The notes under the pieces are model-generated. The model saw nothing but the letters and a program-made list of their open reading frames with translations. It made no database searches and was not told the origin of the DNA. Both the position numbers and the translations under genes were made by a program. This document shows, in pieces, positions 1 to 10,989 of a stretch of DNA of 64,000 nt. Source of the DNA: Eledone cirrhosa. Taxonomy: Eukaryota. Numbering within the stretch: the stretch's first letter is position 1; each line of letters opens with the position of its first letter. The stretch covers positions 11,966,001 to 12,030,000 of the forward strand of contig OZ024740.1 in the NCBI GenBank assembly GCA_964016885.1. The letters run 5' to 3'.

Positions 1-2
1 GA

Positions 3-611
3 TGTGGAAAGGCCCACAAAGCGACAGACTGCCCCTTCAAAGAAGCCAAATGTCATTTTTGTGACAAAAAGGGACATTTGCAAGCGGTGTGTAGAAAGAA
101 ACAACATCAGCAACGTAATCATCGCTCACAGAATTACGTGAAAAGAATCACGAAAGCTGAGCTAGTCAAGGCGATCCTTGGTGAAGTTCCCCACGATACT
201 CATAGTTTGAATGTGCCAATAACAATCCAGAACAGACTTTTCACAATGGAATTGGACACGGCTACTACAGGCAATTTTGTTTCCTTGTCAGTTTGGAAAC
301 AATTAGGAAAACCGAAGCTGCAAGATGTCAAACATCGGTTTGAATCTGCCAGCAAGCACGACCTGCCCGTTCTGGGAACTTTCATGGCCCAAACCAACGA
401 CCGGTAAATGGAATTCAATACCCTACATCGTCACCAAGATCCCTGATCTTAATTTGCTGGGACAAAACGCTATCCAGACTCTGGGAATTTCCGTGGACAA
501 TGCTCTAGGATTGAAAAGCATAGACAGCCAGGCCAAGAGTGAGGGTGCAGAAGTGATGCATCCAAAGACCTCAAATGAGCCCTATATTTCCATCAACGAG
601 ATTGTCACAAC
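3..611 (+). pseudogene. Gag C-terminal zinc knuckles plus aspartic protease, disrupted by two frameshifts (near 405 and near 590)
   Basis: Frame 3 reads CGKAHKATDCPFKEAKCHFCDKKGHLQAVC (tandem CCHC); protease motif MELDTATT (DTG-like); second protease motif NLLG lies in a different frame (ORF 325..681). Confidence 0.88.
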
Positions 612-3416
612 ATGTGTGATGAATTCCCAGATCTCTTCAAGCAAGAATTGGGATGTCTTAATGACTTCGAACTGGAAGTGAAGTTCAAGTCGGACGCGAC
701 ACCGGTCTTTCACAAGGCACGCCCGGTCCCGTTTGCTCTTCGTGATGACCTGGCCAAAGGTTATGAAGAAGGCATCGCCAAAGGAATCTGGAATCCAATA
801 CAGTTCAACGAATACGGAACACCAGTGGTACCGATTCGTAAAGCACATACTTCAGGCAACCTGAAGCCCAAACTACGGATTTGTGGTGACTACTCTGTGG
901 GAATTAATGACCAACTTGCAGATCATCGTCATCCAATGCCACTCCCAGAGGAACTGATGCAGAAGCTCGGAGGTGGATTCGGATACACAAAGATTGATCT
1001 TGCTGATGCCTATAATCAGATCAAGCTGGCTCCAGAAAGTCAACGCAGGCTTGCACTCAGCACTCACCGTGGGGTGCTCCTGCAGGAACGACTCCCTTTC
1101 GGAATCAAGTCAGCACCTGGTTACTTTCAGGAGATCATGGAAAACCTGACTCAAGATCTACCTGGTGTGGCCGTTTTCCAGGACGACATGCTCGTCAGTG
1201 GGAAAGATGCAAACGATCACCTGAACAACCTAAAGTGTCTGCTCACACGTCTGTGCGACAAAGGACTCAGATGTCGCCGTGACAAGTGCCAGTTTGCACT
1301 ACCCAGTGTGGAATACCTTGGACACACCTTGTCAGCTGAAGGGATCGCGAAGGGATCCAAGGTCGAAGCAGTTTTAAAGATGCCACCTCCAACGAACGTC
1401 TCAAGCTTGAAGTCTTTCCTGGGTTCAGTTCAGTTCTATGGAAAGTTTATCCCAAACCTGGCCAGCATGGCAGAGCCACTCTATTGCCTTACGAAAAAAA
1501 CGACTACTTGGAAGTGGGGAGATGAAGAACAGTCAGCTTTCAATCAGTTGAAAAATGTGCTTTCATCGGATCGAGTTCTGATACACTTCGATCCAAACAA
1601 AACTTTGGGACGGGCTTGCAACGCGTCAAACGTTGGTATTGGAGCAGTCCTGTTTTATCGCTATCCTGATGGAAGCGAGCGCCCAATATCCAATGTGTCC
1701 AAGACTCTTACTTCTGCACAGCGTAACTACGGCCAAATTCAAAAGGAAGCCCTGGCCATCATATTTGGCTTGCAGAAGTTCTATCAGTATCTGTACGGAC
1801 ATCAGTTTATACTCGTAACTGACCACAAGCCACTGACATCACTGTTCAGTCCGAGGATAGGGACGCCACTTCTCGCTGCTAACCGACTAGCACGGTGGGC
1901 CCTGTGGCTGAACGAGTTTGACTACACCATCGAATATCGGAAAACAGCGGATCATGGCAATGCAGATGCCCTCAGTCGCTTGCCATTTGGTAATGACATC
2001 GACTTTGACAGGAAGGAAAATGGTGAAGACATGGACATGATGTGCGCCATCAAAGCTCTCAGTCTTCAAATCCAACCTAGCGATTCTAACGTCCTCCGTC
2101 AAGAGTCAGGGAAAGATCCAGTGATATCTACAGTGATACGCTACGTCCGTGAAGGCTGGCCACCAAAGAATACTGAGATCAATGACGAAGTCAATAAGTT
2201 CCGGAAGTTATCGGATTCACTCAGTATCTGCCACGGATGCCTTATCCATGGATCGAGAGTTGTGATTCCACATAGCTTACAGCCAAAGATCCTCAATCTT
2301 CTGCATCTTGGACACTTTGGCATGGAGCGCATGAAACAATTGGCAAGAACTGCTGTTTATTGGCCTGGTATCGATGCTGCTATAGAGAAAACCAGTCGAC
2401 AATGTGATCTGTGTGGTGAACATCAAAACCAGCCATCCAAGTCTCCAATTCACCCATGGATGTTACCTGAAAAGCCGTGGAGCCGCTTCCACCTGGACCA
2501 CGCAATAAATTTCATGGGCAGTAATTGGTTGGTGATCACGGATGCTTATTCCAAGTATCCATGCATTCATCCTACGTCATCCACGTCCTCCAGAGCCACT
2601 TTAGATCTGCTTGAAGAAGACTTTGCGCACTTCGGATTTCCTCACACGCTAGTCACCGATAACGCACCGACTTTTATTTCTGAGGAGTTCCAGAGCTGGT
2701 GCAAAGAACGTGGGATCACGCACCTGACAGGGGCACCTTACTACCCAGCTACTAACGGAGCAGCGGAACGTTTGGTGCAGACCTTCAAACAAGCTCAGAG
2801 GAAGACTTCTCTTCCGCCGAAGCGAGCACTTCAAGAGTTCTTGATGCAGTACCGGAGAACACCAACATCCAGTGGATTCTCTCTGAGTGAACTTTTGAAT
2901 CACCGGCAGATACGGACAAGGATTGATTCTCTGCTGCCCTCGCCAGCACACATCGCTCAAGGCAAGCAGTCTAAAGAAGCATATAAGTCTCAGATGACTG
3001 CGGACTCGGCAGGTGTCGCTAAGGTTACCAGGCAGTACAAGGCTGGAGATCCTGTGTATGCACTGTACTACGGACCTCGCCGAGACAAAGATCCCCGATG
3101 GGTACCAGCAATCATTAAGAAGTCATTGGGTACTCGTTGCTTCAACGTTAAGGTCATACCTCATGGCCTGGTGTGGAGACGACACTGGGAACAGCTGCAA
3201 CCGCGGTACACTACTGAGGAAGACAATGAACCTGGTGATGCAGTAGACACCGTTTTTGAATTTGCAACAGATCACCCGATGGAGATCTCGGAAATCGTGC
3301 CACTAACTCCAAGACAGACCAGACCCAAGACCTTGTTGCCCGTTCCAGAGTATGGACCAGACAATCGAAGACGGTCCAAGAGAACTCGTAAACCCCCAGA
3401 GAGACTTTGCTGTTGA
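612..3416 (+). CDS. Pol polyprotein (RT-RNase H-integrase), 934-aa open segment; probably inactive copy
   Basis: RT motifs LRICGDY, KIDLADAY, LPFG, FQDD; RNase H region ACNAS (catalytic D apparently replaced by N), TDHKPL, NADALSR; integrase HHCC (HLGH...CDLC), D-D-E core (HLDHA, TDNA, AAER). Confidence 0.95.
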   Translation: MCDEFPDLFKQELGCLNDFELEVKFKSDATPVFHKARPVPFALRDDLAKGYEEGIAKGIWNPIQFNEYGTPVVPIRKAHTSGNLKPKLRICGDYSVGINDQLADHRHPMPLPEELMQKLGGGFGYTKIDLADAYNQIKLAPESQRRLALSTHRGVLLQERLPFGIKSAPGYFQEIMENLTQDLPGVAVFQDDMLVSGKDANDHLNNLKCLLTRLCDKGLRCRRDKCQFALPSVEYLGHTLSAEGIAKGSKVEAVLKMPPPTNVSSLKSFLGSVQFYGKFIPNLASMAEPLYCLTKKTTTWKWGDEEQSAFNQLKNVLSSDRVLIHFDPNKTLGRACNASNVGIGAVLFYRYPDGSERPISNVSKTLTSAQRNYGQIQKEALAIIFGLQKFYQYLYGHQFILVTDHKPLTSLFSPRIGTPLLAANRLARWALWLNEFDYTIEYRKTADHGNADALSRLPFGNDIDFDRKENGEDMDMMCAIKALSLQIQPSDSNVLRQESGKDPVISTVIRYVREGWPPKNTEINDEVNKFRKLSDSLSICHGCLIHGSRVVIPHSLQPKILNLLHLGHFGMERMKQLARTAVYWPGIDAAIEKTSRQCDLCGEHQNQPSKSPIHPWMLPEKPWSRFHLDHAINFMGSNWLVITDAYSKYPCIHPTSSTSSRATLDLLEEDFAHFGFPHTLVTDNAPTFISEEFQSWCKERGITHLTGAPYYPATNGAAERLVQTFKQAQRKTSLPPKRALQEFLMQYRRTPTSSGFSLSELLNHRQIRTRIDSLLPSPAHIAQGKQSKEAYKSQMTADSAGVAKVTRQYKAGDPVYALYYGPRRDKDPRWVPAIIKKSLGTRCFNVKVIPHGLVWRRHWEQLQPRYTTEEDNEPGDAVDTVFEFATDHPMEISEIVPLTPRQTRPKTLLPVPEYGPDNRRRSKRTRKPPERLCC

Positions 3417-3450
3417 TGCTTCTTTTGTCGCATCAATTTCGGTGGGGAGG

Positions 3451-3723
3451 TGTTGTATGGACTGGGAATCGAACTCACAACCTCATTGTTGTATGGACTG
3501 TTAAATTCGATTTGTTCAATTTACACGTGCTCACACATTGGCATATGAATCACGTGACCTGGGCAGTCAGTCAGCGTTGGTATTAAAAACTCGGTCACAG
3601 ACTACTTACTTACTTTATGTTATTCTGTTACTGCGAGGAGGGGCGTTTTGGTTGTTTCGCAAATTACACAAATTATTTGATATAACTCGTGTTTTCTCTG
3701 CGAGTACCGAGAGGAATACAACA
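3451..3723 (+). repeat. 3' long terminal repeat (273 bp)
   Basis: TG...CA ends with 8-bp terminal inverted repeat TGTTGTAT/ATACAACA; follows PPT; both ends are confirmed by the homologous copy at 57336-57544 (minus). Confidence 0.93.
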
Positions 3724-4093
3724 ATTTTGTTTAAGAACTCTTTAAAATGGATGGTTTTGTTTAAGAACTCTTTAAAATGGGTGGTTTTGTTTAAGAACTC
3801 TTTAAAATGGGTGGTTTTGTTTAAGAACTCTTTAAAATGGGTGGTTTTGTTTAAGAACTCTTTAAAATGGATGGTTTTGTTTAAGAACTCTTTAAAAAGG
3901 GTGGTTTTGTTTAAGAACTCTTTAAAATGGGTGGTTTTGTTTAAGAACTCTTTAAAATGGGTGGTTTTGTTTAAGAACTCTTTAAAATGGGTGGTTTTGT
4001 TTAAGAACTCTTTAAAATGGGTGGTTTTGTTTAAGAACTCTTTAAAATGGGTGGTTTTGTTTAAGAACTCTTTGAAATAGGTGATTTTGTTTC
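3724..4093. repeat. 30-bp minisatellite, about 12 copies
   Basis: Unit GTGGTTTTGTTTAAGAACTCTTTAAAATGG repeated nearly perfectly. Confidence 0.98.
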
Positions 4094-4124
4094 ATAAAAA
4101 CAGATCCGGTTTTGCTGGTATATT

Positions 4125-4265
4125 ATAATTATAATTTAGGCACAAGACCAGCAATTTGGTGGACGTGGGCATGGTTAAATTGATTATATCAACTCCAGTA
4201 GTTGACTGATAGATTATTTTACCAACCCGGAAGAATGAATGGCAAAGTTCACCTTGGCAGAATAT
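4125..4265 (-). mobile_element. Degraded tRNA-derived SINE (Nin/Deu-domain-like family), 3' part
   Basis: Reverse-complement similarity to the copy at 58178-58398 (ggcacaag.ccagcaattt ... aagaatgaatggcaaagt). Confidence 0.7.
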
Positions 4266-4911
4266 AGAGAACTAGGATACAAATAAATGTTTGTTGTTCT
4301 AATGGTTCTGCCAATCAACAACAATACAATACCATGAACAGATCAATATGTCTGTTACATTAAGATCCATATAGCATATACTAACATGGACAAAGATCAA
4401 TCAATTTGTTATATATTTTGAATACTAAATAAAGTTATAGACTTTATTTAGGATTCAAATAAAAATAAAATAATATAATATATTCTCTTTGATACCACGC
4501 TGCCTGAAACCTCCCCTTCGTTTGTGATACAAAACTATTTGTTATGAAATGTTTATTCTTATCTAAAAACTTTCAGTTATAATTTCATGTACGACCATTT
4601 GTTGTGTTGCAAACACTAATTTAATTGTGAGGAATTTTATTTTACTAAATCCTTAAAAATTCTAGATTATTTTCAAATTTATTTGAAAATCCTAGGCTGT
4701 ATATTTAAACAGAAATGGTTTGTGTTAGGAAAGGCATCCAGCTATAAAAATCTTGGCCAAATTTACAGTTCTGTCTGAGCAAAGTACGGCACAGCCAATC
4801 TGGCCGTTAAACGGTGGTGATGATTGTAATGAATGGGATATATAAGATGAATTATTTAATGAAACTAAGATATTCTTTATAGTGACCCACAATAATATAT
4901 AATGCACACAG

Positions 4912-6370
4912 AGATAGCCTACATCACACAGGGACCAATAGAAATAATATATAACATATTTGATATAGCCTACATCACATGGGTACCAATCATCATCATC
5001 ATCATTTTATGTCTGCTTTTCTCTGCTATATTAGAGATGACCTACATGACATAGGGACCAATAGAAATAATATATAACAAATTAGAGATGACCTACATTA
5101 CATAGGGACCAATAGAAATAATATATAACATATATTAGAGATGACCTACATTACATAGGGACCAATAGAAATAATATATAACATATATTAGAGATGACCT
5201 ACATTACATAGGGACCAATAGAAATAATATATAACATAAATTAGAGATGACCTACATGACATAGGGACCAATAGAAATAATATATAACATATATTAGAGA
5301 TGACCTACATTACATAGGGACCAATAGAAATAATATATAACATATATTAGAGATAGCCTACATGACATAGGGACCAATAGAAATAATATATAACATATAT
5401 TAGAGATGACCTACATGACATAGGGACCAATAGAAATAATATATAACAAATTAGAGATGACCTACATTACATAGGGACCAATAGAAATAATATATAACAT
5501 ATATTAGAGATGACCTACATGACATAGGGACCAATAGAAATAATATATAACAAATTAGAGATGACCTACATTACATAGGGACCAATAGAAATAATATATA
5601 ACATATATTAGAGATGACCTACATTACATAGGGACCAATAGAAATAATATATAACATATATTAGAGATGACCTACATAACATAGGGACCAATAGAAATAA
5701 TATATAACATATATTAGAGATAGCCTACATGACATAGGGACCAATAGAAATAATATATAACATATATTAGAGATAGCCTACATGACATAGGGACCAATAG
5801 AAATAATATATAACATATATTAGAGATGACCTACATTACATAGGGACCAATAGAAATAATATATAACATATATTAGAGATGACCTACATTACATAGGGAC
5901 CAATAGAAATAATATATAACATAAATTAGAGATGACCTACATTACATAGGGACCAATAGAAATAATATATAACATAAATTAGAGATGACCTACATGACAT
6001 AGGGACCAATAGAAATAATATATAACATAAATTAGAGATGACCTACATGACATAGGGACCAATAGAAATAATATATATATATATAAAACTGAGGATGTCT
6101 GTCTGTGTGTGTGTTCTTTGAATCCCTAAAACTCAAGAACCACCAAACCCACTGTTTTCAAACTTTACACATGTAATACTTATGTTTCAGGGAGTGTTCT
6201 GAGCAAAAGAAATTTCACATTTTCAATGCCCTAGGGAACACATTAGGCGATTTAGCGATCTCTCTCTATAATTCTTAGTCTTTCTCTTTTTCGATAGATA
6301 CATACATATAACGTTGCGCCCTTATAATACCTGTCTGTATGTCTGTCTGCATTACGTCACTTCCCTGAGG

Positions 6371-6405
<35 letters not shown>

Positions 6406-7326
6406 TGTGTGTGAGTTTGAATCCCTAAAACTCGAGAAGTACCCAACCGATATTTTTCAAACTTTACATGTGTATTACTTATGTTTCAGGGAGTGTTATG
6501 CACATAAAAAAATTCAACGTTTTCATCTCCTAGGGCCCACATTAGGTGAAAAACTGCGTTTTTTAAGCTTTTTAGGGGTCTTTTGAGGCGTTACGTCAGT
6601 TATAATTTCAAGGAAATCGGTCTATGTATTAGTCAGTCTCTTCTTCATACCGTGAGCAAAGAAAATCTAACTTTTTTATGGCCGAGGGCTCGCATTAGGT
6701 GAAAAACTTCATTTTTTCAGCTTTTTAGGGCTTTTTGGAGGCATTACGTCTAGCCGATTTTCCCGAAATTTCAAGGCATATTATGCACATAAAAAAAATT
6801 TATTTTCTTGATCCCCTAGAGCCCGCATTAGGTGAAAACCTGCATTTTTGCTGCTTCATCGAGGAAAATCTTAAAGATTATCCAGCCATCAGAGTATTCG
6901 GTTTATTTTCTTTACATAATGTCTAGGCATGCAGTTTTTCTACGATTAGGTCTGTTGGCGGCCTTCCAAAATACCTTATCCTATGCAACGCCGGGTACCA
7001 CTGCTAGTATAACATATATTAGAGATAGCCTACATTACATAGGGACCAATAGAAATAATATATAACAAATTAGAGATGACCTACATTACATAGGGACCAA
7101 TAGAAATAATATATAACAAATATTAGAGATGACCTACATTACATAGGGACCAATAGAAATAATATATAACAAATTAGAGATGACCTACATTACATAGGGA
7201 CCAATAGAAATAATATATAAATATTAGAGATGACCTACATTACATAGGGACCAATAGAAATAATATATAACATATATTAGAGATGACCTACATTACATAG
7301 GGACCAATAGAAATAATATATAACAA
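4912..7326. repeat. 50-52-bp minisatellite array, interrupted at ~4990-5027 and 6074-7007
   Basis: Unit ATATTAGAGATGACCTACATTACATAGGGACCAATAGAAATAATATATAACAT; about 22 copies left of the insertion and about 6 right of it. Confidence 0.97.
6074..7007 (+). mobile_element. Non-autonomous Helitron-like element
   Basis: Inserted between A and T of a minisatellite unit without TSD; 5' end TATATATATATAAAA; 3' end GCAACGCCGGGTACCACTGCTAG (degenerate hairpin plus CTAG); internal duplicated blocks near 6117-6245 and 6416-6546. Confidence 0.82.
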
Positions 7327-8116
7327 ACTAGTTTTAAAAGAGTAAAAATGAAAACATGACATTGTGCTTGAGTTTATTCATCTGTACATCTATGCACATG
7401 CATGTGTGTACATGTATACATGTATGTACATGTATACATGTGTGCATACATGCATGTATGTGCATGTAGGGTACCTTGTCTATTGTAGTGATTTAGTGTA
7501 CACTGAGTAATGTAGTGATATAGGGTAGACAATAAGTTTACAAACCACTGCTATGTTATAAGGCAAGTGTTTGAGAGTCTAACAATAGACATACAGGTCA
7601 GGGGTTTATAGAGGTGGGATACAGCTGAATCATCATTTTTACGTCCACTTTCCATGCTTGCATGGGTTGGACATATTGGTCGCGCTTTTCATAATTTTGG
7701 CTGGGTTTTACTGGCTGGATGCCCTTCCTTTCACCAACCACTTTACAGCGTGGACTGGGTGCATTTTTCATGCTACCAGCACTAGAGAGGTTGTCTTACC
7801 AAACTTAAGAATCCTCTCCACCCTGTATCAGTTTTCTATTTGGAGTGTCTACTCTCCTAGACGGGTTGCCTTCACTATCACTTATGGAGCCCACATCTGC
7901 CTCATGAAAACAAACATAATAGGAGGGTAGGGAGGAGAAGGTGATGCAGTACAATAATAGAACAAAGAAAGGGGATATTTTCTCTGATGATGGACTTATT
8001 GTTGCCCTGTCTGAAGCTGATGCTACAAATGAAAATATATCCTACTTTCCCTTAAATTTCAATTCTTTCTGTCTTAAATGGAAACTTTAACAATTATATA
8101 TATATATATATATATA

Positions 8117-9884
8117 CTAATCAGAGAGCGAATTGATCTAGATGAAATGAAGTTTGGGTTTGTGTCAGGTAAAAGTACCAGACGGTCTTTTCCTTGTACG
8201 ACAACTACAAGAGAAGTACCTAGCTAAAAGTAAACCCCTATACTTAGCTTTTGTAGACCTGGAAAAAGCCTTTGACAGAGTCCACCACTCCATTATCTGG
8301 TGGGCTCTTAGAAAACTAGGTGTAGATGAATGGCTTGTGAGAGCTATACAAGCCATGTATAATGAAACAGTCAGTAAGGTTAGAATAAACAATGAATATT
8401 GTGAAGAATTTAGTGTAAAAGTTGGTGTTCACCAAGGCTCTGTCCTTAGCCCCCTCCTATTTATTATTGCCCTTCAGGCTATAACAGAGGAGTTCAAGAC
8501 CGGCTGCCCATGGGAACTCCTATACGCAGATGATCTAAGGCTCATAGCTGAATCAATGGCTGAACTAGAAAAGAAATTCCAAACATGGAAGCATGGCCTA
8601 GAATCAAAAGGCCTTAAAGTTAACTTGTCTAAGACTAAAGTCCTAGTTTATAGGAAGGAAAATAAGGCACAGGTACCCTCAGGAAAATGGCCTTGCTCAG
8701 TGTTTAGGAAAGGAGTAGGCAGAAATTCAATTTTATGTCCCAAATGCAAAGTATGGGTACATAAAAGATGTAGTGGGATCACAGGTAAACTATCTAAGAA
8801 CGTAGACTTTATATGTGGCCGTTGCTCAGGTGCAACAGGTAGCAAGTGTCCACAGGATACTAGCCCCTTCTATTGCCCAGATGGTTCTATAGAAATAGTA
8901 AACACTTTCCATTACCTCAGTGACAAAATCAGCAGTGGTGGAGGGTGCTCTGAAAGTACAGTAGCCAGAGTCAGAACAGGATGGAAAAAGTTCAGAGAGC
9001 TTATACCGCTGTTGGCCACAAAAGGTTTCTCTCTAAAAATGAAAGGCAGATTGTATGATGCTTGTATACGAACAGCAATGCTACATGGCAGTGAGACATG
9101 GGCATTACGTGCAGAGGACTTGCGTAGACTGGAGAGGAACGAAGCATGCATGCTCCGTTGGATGTGTAATAGTAATATACGTGAACGGCAAAGCATAAAT
9201 GAACTAAGTGAGAAATTAGAAATAAGAGGGATCAGATGCTGTTTACTCGAGAGAAGACTACGTTGGTATGGTCACGTGATGCGCATGAAAGACGACAGCT
9301 GCATAAAAAAGTGCAGGGCGATCAAAATTGATGGTAGTTACGGAGTAAGTAGACCCAGAAAAACCTGGGACGATCTGATAAATTCCGACCTTACACACTT
9401 ACACCTCTCTAAGACAATGTCACTGGACCGAGATCTTTGGCGCTACGCAGTAATACAGAAGACCCGCCTTGCCTATGTACAAAGCGAAACCTAGTCAGTA
9501 GGCACCTCTTAACCAAATATACACCCCAATCCACTACCCCTATCCTATCTTCCCACTCCCACCAACACCAACCTCTCTCTATAAAGTTGGTACCACAACA
9601 TCCAGTCCAAATAAATGAGATCGAGGTTGTGTAGGTGTCACGACAAAAAAACACACAGTCCACGCTGTAATGTGGCCGTGTAGGTAACACGGTAAAAACC
9701 TCCCAGTCCACACTGTAAATGTGGTTGGTGTTAGGAAGGGCATCCAACCGTAGAAAACCTGCCAGATAGTCATATATGAGCGAGACATGGTCACCCGACC
9801 AACCTTGCCTCAAGCGGGACAACTCCCGTCTAACCCATGCTAGCGTGGAAAATAGACGTTAAACGAAGATGATGATGATCATGA
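8117..9884 (+). mobile_element. 5'-truncated RTE-clade LINE with 3' UTR and (GAT)n tail
   Basis: Starts inside RT (LIRERIDLDEMKFGF); ends TAACCCATGCTAGCGTGGAAAATAGACGTTAAACGAAGATGATGATGA; (TA)n on both flanks. Confidence 0.93.
8154..9494 (+). pseudogene. RTE reverse transcriptase C-terminal part with embedded PHD-like Cys/His finger
   Basis: FVDLEKAFD, GVHQGSVLSP, YADD, RRLRWYGHV, RPRKTW motifs; frameshift near 8170; no endonuclease domain (truncated). Confidence 0.92.
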
Positions 9885-9977
9885 TATATATATATATGTA
9901 TAGTTACTGTAGGTTCACCCGAGTGAGCACTGGATGTGTAGTTTCCAGTCTGTAAAGGTGTAGAACTAAGCAGAGTG

Positions 9978-10204
9978 TAATAATAATAATAAAAGGACGA
10001 TTTGTTATGTCTTCATTACGTTTATTGAGTAGTGACACGTATTTCGCTATTGATCAGCTCAAGGTTTGATCTGTATTGATCTAGCCCGACTGTGCTCGCC
10101 AGACCTCTGTTGTGGTAATGATTGCTGATCAATAGCGAAACAAGCATCACTACTCAAACGTAATGAAGCCATAACAATCCATCCTTTGATTATTATTATT
10201 ATTA
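9978..10204. mobile_element. Foldback/MITE-like element with ~80-bp imperfect inverted arms
   Basis: 9978-10058 is the imperfect reverse complement of 10124-10204; ends are (TAA)n/(TTA)n. Confidence 0.8.
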
Positions 10205-10302
10205 TACACACACACACACACTACACACACGTGCGGTTTTTTTTTCTCTTTTTTTTTCTGTTCCCTCCTCTTCTCAGTTTTTATCTTTTATTTCTAATTC
10301 TA

Positions 10303-10338
10303 TCTTCTGATGAAGGACTAGTGTTCGAAACGTTAAGA
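10303..10338 (+). ncRNA. Minimal hammerhead ribozyme-like motif (Penelope/retrozyme type)
   Basis: TCTT-CTGATGA-AGGAC TAGT GTTC-GAAAC-GTT-AAGA: conserved CUGAUGA and GAAA cores, stem II GGAC/GTTC, palindromic ACGT stem III, stem I TCTT/AAGA. Confidence 0.72.
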
Positions 10339-10426
10339 CCCTTTTCCTGTTATTTCAAGTGTTAAACTAATACATTTCTTCAATGTACTGTGTTTGCTTT
10401 GTTATTTCTGTTTACTTTTTACATAG

Positions 10427-10489
<63 letters not shown>

Positions 10490-10989
10490 TATGTATGTGT
10501 GTATATAGAGAGGCTGGAATACATCAGTGATATTGTAATATAATCTGGCCAACAGGAAGGAAGACAGATGGAGTTAAGAGTAAATAGCAATATATTTCTC
10601 CATCCTGCCAGATAAGTTTAAACAGAGAACAAAATATACAAAAATCATCTCCAGTCACCTTTTCTAATTAAACATAAGTTAATACAGATACAAGGAAGAG
10701 CTGATGCCATTGTATAGATGAATCCTTGGAGAGTTACACCTTCGTTTCATAATCTTCTACTACTACTACTACTGCTATTACATAATCTTACTTCTACTAC
10801 CACCACATGTCAGCAGCTCTTTCTTATTTCTCAAACTATTTCTTAGTCCTTCCTAATGAAATAAATTAAGTATCATCTTTCAACATGAAACTAAACTGTC
10901 ACCGGTTAACTGATGTTCTCTCTCATTCACTGCCTCCTCCGTCTCTTTCTCGCGCTTCCCATCTTTCACTTTTATATGCAAATGGGGGC

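Larger units (their letters stand above)
1..3723 (+). mobile_element. Ty3/Gypsy (Mag/K02A2.6-like) LTR retrotransposon, 3' portion (gag end, pol, PPT, 3' LTR); 5' part lies outside the window
   Basis: Domain order: CCHC knuckles, protease, RT, RNase H, integrase (Gypsy order); purine tract GGTGGGGAGG at 3441-3450 directly before TGTTGTAT...ATACAACA. Confidence 0.96.

Noticed and set aside
3538-4080. 180-aa ORF with VLFKNSLKW repeats
   Set aside because: Read-through of LTR into a 30-bp minisatellite; no ATG start or domain.
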